Positions 8,497 through 16,417 of a stretch of 64,000 nucleotides of DNA are shown here, one piece after another (the first letter of the stretch is position 1; the number at the start of each line of letters is the position of its first letter). The stretch is from Candidatus Saccharimonadota bacterium. Lineage in GTDB: Bacteria; Patescibacteriota; Saccharimonadia; Saccharimonadales; Saccharimonadaceae. The notes under the pieces are model-generated. The model made no database searches. It saw nothing but the letters and a program-made list of their open reading frames with translations, and had not been told where the DNA came from. Made by a program: the position numbers and the translations under genes. The stretch lies in the NCBI GenBank assembly GCA_009776375.1, contig WRNW01000001.1, positions 34,600 through 98,599 on the forward strand, written 5' to 3'.

Positions 8497-9492
8497 TTAA
8501 TAATTCGCCGGGCGGATGTTGATTTTCATGTCGTGGAGGTCGGTGTACGATGACAGAATGCCGGTTTTGGTGCCGATCGCTCGGACGACTGCGTCAGAAT
8601 TAGCGGCGCCGTAAAGGAGGGCTTTTTTTAGGCCCAGGCCGCGCGCGTAGCCCAGCACGAACGCCGAGCCAAAACTGTCGCCAGCGCCAGTGCGGTCAAC
8701 GACGTGCGATTCTGGGTTGTATAATCCAGCGACCGCGAACGATGTTTTGTCGATAGCCGCAGCGCCCGCCGAGCCATCAGTGCCGACTACGACTGGACAA
8801 TAGTTGCGGGCACGATGCACCAATTCTTCTAAAGTTTCACCCGTAAAACATTGTTTTAATTCTTCGCGATTGGCGATCAAAATATCGACGTCCGATAGTA
8901 GCGAGCGCAGTTTTGGTGAATCGTCTAATTCGCCTCGACCTGGATTAAAAGCGATTTTGGCGCCGCGCTCTTTGGCTTCTTGAAATAATTTGTCCAAAAT
9001 TTCAAAATGTCCATTCAGCGTCGTCACGTACAACCAATCAAAATCCTGTTCGATTCTGGCGAGATCAAAATTGTCAAGTTTGAAGTGGGTACTCGCACCA
9101 CGATAAGTCAAAATCGTCCGCTCGCCGCTCGGCGCGAGTAGCAGCACCGAATAAGCGGTGTGATAGTCATCGCTAATCGCCAGACCAGCAGTGCTGATGC
9201 CTTCGTCGTCCAGCGCCTTGATAATGGCCGCACCCGCCGGATCGTTAGCCACCTGCCCCATAAAAATGGCGTTTTCGCCAGCCCGCGCAAAGGTTGTCGC
9301 CGCATTAGTCGCCCCACCACCAGTCGAAAAACGAATATAATTAACGTTGACTTTGGCGCCGAGCGGAATTTCGAAAAAGCAATCGTCAGGATTATCGCAA
9401 ACTGGTGCAAATTCCGACGAGTTACTCAAGAAGACATCCTGGATGGCCGCACCGACACAGAGAAAAGTTCGAGGTTTTTTCAAATTTGGCAT
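8497..9492 (-). CDS. PfkB-family carbohydrate kinase
   Basis: GGGATNAA and DRTGAGDSFGSAF (PfkB signature). Start moved to ATG 9492. Confidence 0.8.
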   Translation of the reverse strand: MPNLKKPRTFLCVGAAIQDVFLSNSSEFAPVCDNPDDCFFEIPLGAKVNVNYIRFSTGGGATNAATTFARAGENAIFMGQVANDPAGAAIIKALDDEGISTAGLAISDDYHTAYSVLLLAPSGERTILTYRGASTHFKLDNFDLARIEQDFDWLYVTTLNGHFEILDKLFQEAKERGAKIAFNPGRGELDDSPKLRSLLSDVDILIANREELKQCFTGETLEELVHRARNYCPVVVGTDGSAGAAAIDKTSFAVAGLYNPESHVVDRTGAGDSFGSAFVLGYARGLGLKKALLYGAANSDAVVRAIGTKTGILSSYTDLHDMKINIRPANY

Positions 9493-9498
9493 GAAATC

Positions 9499-9507
9499 AT
9501 TATAGCA
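9499..9507 (-). promoter_or_regulatory. extended -10 TGCTATAAT, 6 nt from ATG 9492 (leaderless)
   Basis: Read from sequence. Confidence 0.6.
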
Positions 9508-9542
9508 CAAGCTGGTTCAATCGCTGCAGCATAGCCCCCAAG

Positions 9543-10058
9543 CTAGGCCGTTGCTAGTTGCCGTATCTCCGCAAGCCGCGCTTCTATGTCCGCCAGCTCA
9601 GCCAAAATCTTACCGCTTAATTTTTTGTTGCCCTTGGTAGCCACGACTGTTTTCGTTAAATCCAAGTCCGTCCGCAATTCTTTGACTTCCTTTTCTAACC
9701 GATCAAGTCGTGAATTTATTAAATCAAACTGATTTTGAATATCAGAAAATGATTTGTTTAAAATCTCATCCTGTTCGTCGAATCGTTGGTCGATTTGTTC
9801 GAGGCGCTGATTAACTTGTTCAAAACGTTTGTCTACCGCATCGAAACGTTTGTCTACCGCATCGAAACGTTGATCGACTTGTTCGAACCGTTTATCTACT
9901 GCGTCGAAACGTTGATCGACTTGTTCGAAACGTTTGTCTACCGCATCGAAACGTTGATCGACTTGTCCGAAACGTTTATCTACCGCGTCGAACCGTGGAT
10001 TAACCACCTCGCGGACTACGCTGCCAATTTGCTGTAAATCATCCTTCGTTAAACTCAT
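9543..10058 (-). CDS. heptad-repeat coiled-coil protein
   Basis: About 11 consecutive 7-aa units RF(D/E)(A/Q)VD(K/Q) encoded by 21-bp tandem repeats; AGGAGG RBS. Confidence 0.6.
   Translation of the reverse strand: MSLTKDDLQQIGSVVREVVNPRFDAVDKRFGQVDQRFDAVDKRFEQVDQRFDAVDKRFEQVDQRFDAVDKRFDAVDKRFEQVNQRLEQIDQRFDEQDEILNKSFSDIQNQFDLINSRLDRLEKEVKELRTDLDLTKTVVATKGNKKLSGKILAELADIEARLAEIRQLATA
9780..10010 (-). repeat. 11 x 21-bp in-frame tandem repeat
   Basis: Alternating units GAAACGTTTGTCTACCGCATC and GAAACGTTGATCGACTTGTTC. Confidence 0.9.
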
Positions 10059-10079
10059 AGTTATTCCTCCTTACCAAAA

Positions 10080-10088
10080 ATTATATCA
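10080..10088 (-). promoter_or_regulatory. extended -10 TGATATAAT for the coiled-coil gene (leadered, AGGAGG)
   Basis: Read from sequence. Confidence 0.5.
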
Positions 10089-10100
10089 CAACTCGTCGCT

Positions 10101-11006
10101 CTACAACATGGCTTTGCCCGCCGAACCGAGGGCGGAAATTTTTTCCTCGACAACGGTTTGGACAGCGTCGCGGACTGCGCCCATCAATTTGACAACAGCG
10201 TATTGACCGGGATTTTCGCGCAAAACTTTTTCCAAAGTTGTCCGATAAGCAAACCGCAAATCGCTATTGATATTGATTTTGCTGACGCCGATTCGGGCGG
10301 CTTGTTCAAAATATTCCCGAGGCGTGCCCGAACCGCCGTGGAGCGAAATATTGCAATCGATCGCCTGGCGAATTTGCCGCAACAGTTCGAGATCAAGGAT
10401 TTTCGGTACTGGATATTTGCCGTGCAAATTGCCGACCGCCGCCGCAAAAGTCTCGATGCCAGTATCGGCCACGAATCTTGCCGCACCCTCGGGCGTAGAA
10501 AAAGTTTTCTTGATTTCTTCGTAGTCGATTTCTTCGCTATGGAGGTTCGATGATCCGCCGAAATAGTGCGGTTCAGATTCGACGATAGCGCCAGTCGTCC
10601 GCGCGTATTCGACGACTTCGCGCGTCGCCGCAATGATGGTTTCGTCGCTAGCGTCGTGGTCAGCCTGGCTGATATCAATGTGGATAAATTCAAAACCAGC
10701 ATCGATCGCCCGCCGGCAGGTCTCGACAGTTGGACTGTGATCGAGGTTAAGGTAGATTTCGATACCTAGTTCTGCGCGATAGTTGTTAACCATGTCGCGC
10801 ATATTTTTGATACCGATCGCCTGGACTTCGTCGTGCGTTAGTTCAACCAACACTGGCGAATTGAGATTTTTGGCGGCCGTCGCGATCGCTCGGAGCGTTT
10901 GTTGATCATCAACGTTAAATGCACCGACCGCGAACTGTTCAGTCCGCGCACGTTGCATCAACTCGCGCGCCTGATTCGTCCGTTCACGAATTTCCTGAAT
11001 CGTCAT
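10101..11006 (-). CDS. fba: class II fructose/tagatose-bisphosphate aldolase
   Basis: FAVGAFNV, LDHS, HIDIS, LHGGSG. Confidence 0.85.
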   Translation of the reverse strand: MTIQEIRERTNQARELMQRARTEQFAVGAFNVDDQQTLRAIATAAKNLNSPVLVELTHDEVQAIGIKNMRDMVNNYRAELGIEIYLNLDHSPTVETCRRAIDAGFEFIHIDISQADHDASDETIIAATREVVEYARTTGAIVESEPHYFGGSSNLHSEEIDYEEIKKTFSTPEGAARFVADTGIETFAAAVGNLHGKYPVPKILDLELLRQIRQAIDCNISLHGGSGTPREYFEQAARIGVSKININSDLRFAYRTTLEKVLRENPGQYAVVKLMGAVRDAVQTVVEEKISALGSAGKAML

Positions 11007-11031
11007 AAAATTCCTTTCTAGTTATGCTAAC

Positions 11032-11040
11032 ATTTTAGCA
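11032..11040 (-). promoter_or_regulatory. extended -10 TGCTAAAAT for fba (25-nt leader with SD)
   Basis: Read from sequence. Confidence 0.55.
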
Positions 11041-11063
11041 CAAAGACATTTTTTCGACGCACT

Positions 11064-11555
11064 TTAATCGATAGTGATTGGCGTAATTTCACAAAAATAC
11101 GGATACTGACGACCGTAGCGTTCAACCCGCAGGACATAACCAATCGCCGCGATCAGCACCCCGTGAGTAATCCAAATATTTTCCTCTGGTGGATTAGCGA
11201 GTAATTCCCGTGCACAGTCTAGCAGCTGCCGCGGCGGGTGACCGTCGGCTAAATCTTGCAACAGTCCCGGCCAGTCATCAGCGTCAAATTCGTTGAGCGA
11301 GGAATAGGCTTGAAGCTCGGTAAAGCCAGCGTATTCGGCCGTTTCCTGGGCTCGCCTGATTTCTGAGACTGCGACTGGCGTGTTAGCAACATCGATGCCG
11401 TAAATAGTTTCGAGAGTTTTGCCCAGTTCTTTGGCCTGCTCACGTCCTTCGTCCATGAGTGGCGCACCCCACGAACCATGAATCGGTTTGCCGATGTTGT
11501 CGCGATTATTCGCCTCCGACAAAGCGTGGCGGATCAGAAGGATTTTTCTACTCAT
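11064..11555 (-). CDS. histidine phosphatase (phosphoglycerate-mutase-like) family protein
   Basis: ILLIRHALSEAN and a C-terminal THG. Start moved to ATG 11555 because the track's TTG start overlaps the -10 box. Confidence 0.65.
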   Translation of the reverse strand: MSRKILLIRHALSEANNRDNIGKPIHGSWGAPLMDEGREQAKELGKTLETIYGIDVANTPVAVSEIRRAQETAEYAGFTELQAYSSLNEFDADDWPGLLQDLADGHPPRQLLDCARELLANPPEENIWITHGVLIAAIGYVLRVERYGRQYPYFCEITPITID

Positions 11556-11563
11556 CACCGACA

Positions 11564-11572
11564 ATTATAACA
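11564..11572 (-). promoter_or_regulatory. extended -10 TGTTATAAT, 8 nt from ATG 11555
   Basis: Read from sequence. Confidence 0.5.
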
Positions 11573-11575
11573 TAA

Positions 11576-12499
11576 CTAAACCAATTGCTCGATTTGTTGC
11601 GCGATTCGTTCGGCGGTCAAACCGTAAAAGTCGAGCAGCTCATCCGCGGTGCCCGATTGACCGAATTGGTCGTTGATGCCAATTCTTGTAACAGGTGTTG
11701 GTAATTTTTCGGATAACAGTTCGGTAATCGCCGAACCAAAGCCACCAGCGATTTGATGTTCTTCGGCGGTGATCACTCGACCGGTTTTTTTGACCGATTC
11801 CAGGATGGTTTTTTCGTCCAACGGTTTGATAGTTGGTACATGGATGACTTCGCAATCGATTTTATCCGCTAACATTTCGGCCGCCATTAGTAGTTGTGCC
11901 GTCATCGTCCCGGTGCCAAGTAGAGTGACGTCCTGGCCGGACTTTAATATATAGGCCGGACCGATCTCGAACTGATGTTGATTATCAAAAATCACTGACG
12001 AATCCGCCCGCGGATAACGCACATAATTTGGCCGGGCGTCGCGGGCCATCACCACCGCTACTTGCTCGGCCTCGATCGCATCACCCGGAGCGATCACTAT
12101 CATATTTGGCAAAACTCGCATCAATGCAATGTCTTCGAGCATCTGATGCGTCGCCCCATCCGGCCCGGCGTTCACCCCAGCGTGTGAACCGATAATTTTG
12201 ACTGGTTGATTATTGATACAAATCGTCGTCCGGATCTGCTCATAATTTCGGCCTGGACTAAACACTGCATAACTGGCTGCGAAAGGAATTTTACTCAGAT
12301 GCGCCATACCACTAGCGATCGTCACTAGATTTTGTTCGGCGATGCCGACTTGGATAAATCGATCGGGAAATTTTTTCGCAAACTCCCCAAACCCCACCGA
12401 ATCGGTCAGATCCGCCGCCAGCGCCACGACATTTTCGTCTAGTTCGGCCGCCCGCGCTAGACCGCGACCGAAGGCTTGACGGATACTAGCATTTTTCAT
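11576..12499 (-). CDS. tkt: transketolase, C-terminal (pyrimidine-binding) subunit
   Basis: FIQVGIAEQNLVTIASGMA; ATGA overlap with the N-terminal subunit gene. Confidence 0.85.
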   Translation of the reverse strand: MKNASIRQAFGRGLARAAELDENVVALAADLTDSVGFGEFAKKFPDRFIQVGIAEQNLVTIASGMAHLSKIPFAASYAVFSPGRNYEQIRTTICINNQPVKIIGSHAGVNAGPDGATHQMLEDIALMRVLPNMIVIAPGDAIEAEQVAVVMARDARPNYVRYPRADSSVIFDNQHQFEIGPAYILKSGQDVTLLGTGTMTAQLLMAAEMLADKIDCEVIHVPTIKPLDEKTILESVKKTGRVITAEEHQIAGGFGSAITELLSEKLPTPVTRIGINDQFGQSGTADELLDFYGLTAERIAQQIEQLV

Positions 12500-13365
12500 C
12501 GTAGTTCCTCTAGCGCTTTCCTAGCTTGTTCTTCATCCGGTGCGGTACCGTGCCATTTATAATCATTTTCCATGAAGCTAACGCCTTTGCCAGGGGTGGT
12601 GTGGGCCAAGATCACACTCGGCCGGTCGGTTTCAGCCCGAGCTTCACTGCAACCATCGATAATACTTTGTACATTATTGCCGTCAATTTCAATCACCTGC
12701 CAACCAAAAGCCGCCCATTTATCGTGCAGAATTTCCAGCGGCATGATTTCCTCTGTATCGCCGTCCAGCTGAATATTATTCCGATCCACAATCACGATCA
12801 GATTACCCAAACGATACTTAGCTGCGAACATCGCGCCTTCCCAAATATTGCCTTCGTCCAATTCGCCATCGCCGGTGATGCAATAGACGTACCTGTCATT
12901 GCGAGGAGTGGAGAGACGAAGCAATCCAGAATCATTTTCCGTCGCACTGGATTGCTTCGCTGCGCTCGCAATGACCCAGGCAGCACCCGCCGCCTGGCTG
13001 AGGCCTTCGCCCAGTGGTCCGGACGTCGTCTCTAGCCACGGTAATGCTGCGCGATGAGGATGACCCTGTAAACGCGAATTGAATTGACGCAGAGTCATGA
13101 GTTCTTCCTCGGGAATTAGGCCAGCCTCGGCCAGCGTTGCATATAGCACCGGGCAAACGTGGCCATTGCTCACCACCAAGATGTCACGATCCGGATCGTC
13201 CGGATTCTGCGGATTAAATTTCAGAATTTCAAAATACAGCGCCGCGAAAATATCTGCTAACCCTAAACTACCCGCCGGATGTCCCGACCCCGCCGCCGCA
13301 ATCATCCGAATAATATTGCGTCGGATGTTGGTGGCGTGTTGTTCGATTACTTTGATTGTTGGCAC
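12496..13365 (-). CDS. tkt: transketolase, N-terminal (TPP-binding) subunit
   Basis: GSGHPAGSLG and GDGELDEGNIWE; GTG start; carries an 81-bp palindromic insert. Confidence 0.85.
   Translation of the reverse strand: MPTIKVIEQHATNIRRNIIRMIAAAGSGHPAGSLGLADIFAALYFEILKFNPQNPDDPDRDILVVSNGHVCPVLYATLAEAGLIPEEELMTLRQFNSRLQGHPHRAALPWLETTSGPLGEGLSQAAGAAWVIASAAKQSSATENDSGLLRLSTPRNDRYVYCITGDGELDEGNIWEGAMFAAKYRLGNLIVIVDRNNIQLDGDTEEIMPLEILHDKWAAFGWQVIEIDGNNVQSIIDGCSEARAETDRPSVILAHTTPGKGVSFMENDYKWHGTAPDEEQARKALEELR
12895..12975 (-). repeat. palindromic in-frame element, family A (81 bp) in tktN
   Basis: GTCATTGCGAGG...GCAATCCAG...CTGGATTGC...CTCGCAATGAC; translated VIASAAKQSSATENDSGLLRLSTPRND. Confidence 0.85.
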
Positions 13366-13371
13366 ATAGAT

Positions 13372-13380
13372 ATTTTAGCA
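13372..13380 (-). promoter_or_regulatory. extended -10 TGCTAAAAT, 6 nt from the tktN GTG (leaderless)
   Basis: Read from sequence. Confidence 0.55.
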
Positions 13381-13430
13381 CACTATCGTTCTAAGGTTTT
13401 TCTTCTGTCGTTGTGTAGTTTTTCGGCCAG

Positions 13431-14078
13431 TTATTCGTCGGGTTTCTCGGTGGAGGTTCTGTCCATGATACTTAGCAGCAAGGCGACAGCTGCTCCAGGC
13501 AGCTCTGATTCATCGTTGAGTTGATCTAGTTGGTTATTTAATTCATAGAGGAGTCCCAAATCTTGAGGAGTGAACATGTAGTAACTCGGTATAATCTCAA
13601 GCACATACCCAGCAATGATAGAGATTTCACCACCGTTTTTTGTGAATTCCTCCATAGCATCAGCAAGTCGCGAATCAAAAACATGTGGCGATAAAGTATC
13701 ATCCATGATATATATCCTTTGGGGTGTTTTGAGCGCTTCAAAGAAATTTTTTCTTGCAGCATCATCAGCCTCTGTTCGTCCTAAGTTATATATAGCGAGA
13801 GCAATACTTTGCGATAAATTTTCCAACTGCTGGGCGCAGTACTGACCAAGAACAGACGCAAAAGCGGTAACACGATCTTCGTCTGACGTACTTTCAACTG
13901 GAATTACATAGTCAGTTGCGCGATAAGATCTTAGCAGATCACCCAGAGCCCGTGCGACATTATTGAGATCCTCTGCGGTTTCTCGTTCGACCTGCTTGTC
14001 GTACCAGTCAGCCTCTAGGCCTAAGTCGTTGCCCCCCCCCCTCTCAGATATTGGCACACCTTCAAAGTGTATACTCAT
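13431..14078 (-). CDS. acidic hypothetical protein with G10 tract near 5' end
   Basis: Intact 215-aa ORF with no recognised motif, lodged between tkt and rpe. Confidence 0.5.
   Translation of the reverse strand: MSIHFEGVPISERGGGNDLGLEADWYDKQVERETAEDLNNVARALGDLLRSYRATDYVIPVESTSDEDRVTAFASVLGQYCAQQLENLSQSIALAIYNLGRTEADDAARKNFFEALKTPQRIYIMDDTLSPHVFDSRLADAMEEFTKNGGEISIIAGYVLEIIPSYYMFTPQDLGLLYELNNQLDQLNDESELPGAAVALLLSIMDRTSTEKPDE
14032..14041 (-). repeat. homopolymeric tract, C10 on + strand (G10 in the coding strand)
   Basis: gttg-cccccccccc-tctc; encodes R-G-G-G at codons 13-16 of ORF 13431-14078. Confidence 0.9.
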
Positions 14079-14090
14079 GCTCTTGTTATA

Positions 14091-14825
14091 CTACACTTTT
14101 GCCGCAATTACAAGAGTGTCATACGTTTTTTCGGGTTCGGGGGCTCTGGCGATCGCCGAGCCGACGTTGATAACGTCGACGCCAGCGGCGGCGATTTCAG
14201 CGATGTTTTCGGCGTTGGCGCCGCCATCCCAGGCGATTTCACACCCGTCATTCTGAACTTGTTTCAGAATCTCGCGGATCTGTGCGACTTTTTCTAGCTG
14301 TTTTAAGTCCGCGGTGCCACCCTGGTAACCGAGACGTCCGCCGAAAACTAGCACGTGATCAATCTCCTTGATAATTTCTGCGACTTTTTCTGGCGCAGTT
14401 TCCGGCAAGATGGCCACGCCACATTTAATGCCAAATTCCTTGAGATGTGCAAAGATTCGTGGTAAGTTTTCTGCTGCATTATCACTCTCGGCATGGAGGA
14501 TCACCAAATCGGGATTGAGCGCAACAATCTGGTGCAACCACTCGATCGGTCGTTTGATCATTAAATGCAAATCAACTATTCTATCATTCTGAGAAATCGG
14601 CGACTTGGTAGGATCTGTGCTGTTTTGCGGAGATTCTTCGTTACGCTCAGAATGACGAGTGTGACAGTTATCCCAATAAACCTGGTTCAGGTTGATCGTT
14701 TCGCTCGGCGCAAATTCGCCATCAGTGATATCCAGATGAATTCGCGGCGCGAAATCGAGGCGCGTGAGTTGAGAAGCATACTCATTGGGCGTCGCAGCAG
14801 TGATAGTTGGGACAACCAAGCTCAT
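14091..14825 (-). CDS. rpe: ribulose-phosphate 3-epimerase-like
   Basis: HLDITDGEFAP, DLHLM, FGG..GYQGG, WDGG; interrupted by a ~74-bp palindromic insert. Confidence 0.7.
   Translation of the reverse strand: MSLVVPTITAATPNEYASQLTRLDFAPRIHLDITDGEFAPSETINLNQVYWDNCHTRHSERNEESPQNSTDPTKSPISQNDRIVDLHLMIKRPIEWLHQIVALNPDLVILHAESDNAAENLPRIFAHLKEFGIKCGVAILPETAPEKVAEIIKEIDHVLVFGGRLGYQGGTADLKQLEKVAQIREILKQVQNDGCEIAWDGGANAENIAEIAAAGVDVINVGSAIARAPEPEKTYDTLVIAAKV
14583..14656 (-). repeat. palindromic in-frame element, family B (~74 bp) in rpe
   Basis: (A)TCATTCTGAG...CTCAGAATGAC; translated RHSERNEESPQNSTDPTKSPISQND. Ends uncertain by 1 nt. Confidence 0.65.
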
Positions 14826-14832
14826 AATATTT

Positions 14833-14841
14833 ATTTTATCA
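14833..14841 (-). promoter_or_regulatory. extended -10 TGATAAAAT, 7 nt from the rpe ATG
   Basis: Overlaps the rpiB stop codon. Confidence 0.5.
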
Positions 14842-15294
14842 CGAAAGTTCGTCGAGTTCGCGGTTTCTGCGTTCGTGGCGGGCGGCGCCGGAGAATTCGG
14901 TTTCGAGAAAGGTGTCGACGATGTCTTGCCAATAGCGATCGTCGTCGTTATCGAGAATTCGGGCTGGCAAGCTCAGAGCGTTGGCGTCGTTATCGTTTCG
15001 GCCGTAACGTGCATCCTCGGCGGTCGTTGCAACAATTGCACGTACGCCGCGAAAGCGGTTGGCCGCTATCGCCATGCCTTGCCCACCACCGCAGATCAAA
15101 ATCGCCCGATCGGTGTCGTTTTCTTCGTCAATTAATTTCAAGGCTGCTGCCTGGGCGAACTGCGGGAAATCGTCGTCGGGTTTCAGTGCGTCGGCACCGA
15201 CATCTTCGACATCATAACCGCGCTTGACCAAATACGCAAAGACTCTGTTTTTGAGATGAAAACCCTGGTGATCTGCGCCTAGATAGATTCTCAA
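14839..15294 (-). CDS. rpiB: ribose-5-phosphate isomerase B
   Basis: GADHQGFHLK and ICGGGQGMAIAANR; TTG start 6 nt after AAGGAGG. Confidence 0.85.
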   Translation of the reverse strand: MRIYLGADHQGFHLKNRVFAYLVKRGYDVEDVGADALKPDDDFPQFAQAAALKLIDEENDTDRAILICGGGQGMAIAANRFRGVRAIVATTAEDARYGRNDNDANALSLPARILDNDDDRYWQDIVDTFLETEFSGAARHERRNRELDELS

Positions 15295-15333
15295 GTTCTT
15301 CCTCCTTTTTGATAATGTATCCAGAATGACAAA

Positions 15334-16344
15334 CTACTTGAGCGTTTTCGCCACATCTGCCGTGATTTCGACCAAACGGTTAGAGTAGCCCCATTCGTTG
15401 TCATACCAGGTGACGATTTTGACGAGATCACCTTCGACGACGTCGGTCAGGTTAAGGTCGACAATCGAGCTGTGCGCATTGCCAATAAAGTCGCTGCTGA
15501 CCAACTCTTCCTCTGTGACATCCAAGATTCCTTGATAGTACGGTTCTTTGGCGGCCTTTTTCATGACTTCGTTGATTTCCTCGACGGTGGTTTTACGTTT
15601 TAAAACAGCGGTGATATCAGCCAGCGACACGACGGGAGTTGGCACGCGAACGGACAGGCCGGTGAATTTGCCCTGGAGGGCCGGGACGGTCAGGGCGGCA
15701 GCTTTGGAGGCACCAGTGGTCGTTGGTACGATGTTCTCGGCCGCGCTGCGGGCTTCGCGGAGATCTTTGGCTGGGGCGTCGAGCAAGCGCTGCGATCCGG
15801 TGTAGCTGTGAACCGTCGTCATCATCGCTTTTTTCACGCCGAAATGGCGTTCCAAAACTGCCATGACGGGCGCGATACAGTTGGTCGTACACGATGCGTT
15901 GGAGATAATTTCGCCCGCACTGGCGATGGCTTCGTCGTTAGCACCGAGCACGATCGTGTCAGCGCCGTCGCCTTTGGCGGGAGCAGAAATGATGACTTTT
16001 TTGGCACCAGCATCGATGTGAGCGCGGGCTTTGTCGGGCTCGCAAAAGAAACCAGTCGATTCGATAACCACATCCACCCCGAGATCACTCCACGGCAGCG
16101 CGATTGGATCCTTTTCACTAAAGACGCGAAATTTCTGGCCATCGACAATGATATTTTCGTCGTCATGGCTGACCTTGCGATCGTAGGTCCCGTACGTCGA
16201 ATCGTACTTTAATAGATAAGCCAAAGTTTTCGTATCCGTCAGATCATTGACCGCCACAATTTCGATATCATCACGATCGATAGCGATTTTAAGCGCGTTA
16301 CGCCCAATCCGCCCGAAACCATTAATTGCCACTTTTTTTGCCAT
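15334..16344 (-). CDS. gap: glyceraldehyde-3-phosphate dehydrogenase
   Basis: INGFGRIGR and SNASCTTNC. Confidence 0.95.
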   Translation of the reverse strand: MAKKVAINGFGRIGRNALKIAIDRDDIEIVAVNDLTDTKTLAYLLKYDSTYGTYDRKVSHDDENIIVDGQKFRVFSEKDPIALPWSDLGVDVVIESTGFFCEPDKARAHIDAGAKKVIISAPAKGDGADTIVLGANDEAIASAGEIISNASCTTNCIAPVMAVLERHFGVKKAMMTTVHSYTGSQRLLDAPAKDLREARSAAENIVPTTTGASKAAALTVPALQGKFTGLSVRVPTPVVSLADITAVLKRKTTVEEINEVMKKAAKEPYYQGILDVTEEELVSSDFIGNAHSSIVDLNLTDVVEGDLVKIVTWYDNEWGYSNRLVEITADVAKTLK

Positions 16345-16369
16345 ATACCCTCCCTTAGTTATGGTTCAT

Positions 16370-16378
16370 ATTTTAGCA
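16370..16378 (-). promoter_or_regulatory. extended -10 TGCTAAAAT for gap (leader with AAGGGAGGG)
   Basis: Read from sequence. Confidence 0.55.
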
Positions 16379-16399
16379 GTTTATAAAACCTCGCGCAAG

Positions 16400-16408
16400 T
16401 GGTAAAAT
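16400..16408 (+). promoter_or_regulatory. extended -10 TGGTAAAAT, 9 nt from ATG 16418
   Basis: Divergent from the gap promoter. Confidence 0.5.
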
Positions 16409-16417
16409 AGCCTAGGT

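Noticed and set aside
9780-10010. A regular 21-bp repeat array that could be mistaken for a CRISPR array.
   Set aside because: The units are contiguous with no spacers, are too short, alternate between two types, and are in frame within an intact ORF that encodes heptad repeats.
10184-10702. A 172-aa minus-strand ORF in an alternative frame of fba.
   Set aside because: It overlaps fba on the same strand in another frame, is Arg/Ser-rich, and has no motifs.
14565-15227. A 220-aa Arg-rich plus-strand ORF.
   Set aside because: It is antisense to rpe and rpiB, which have clear motifs. Its composition is typical of a shadow frame.
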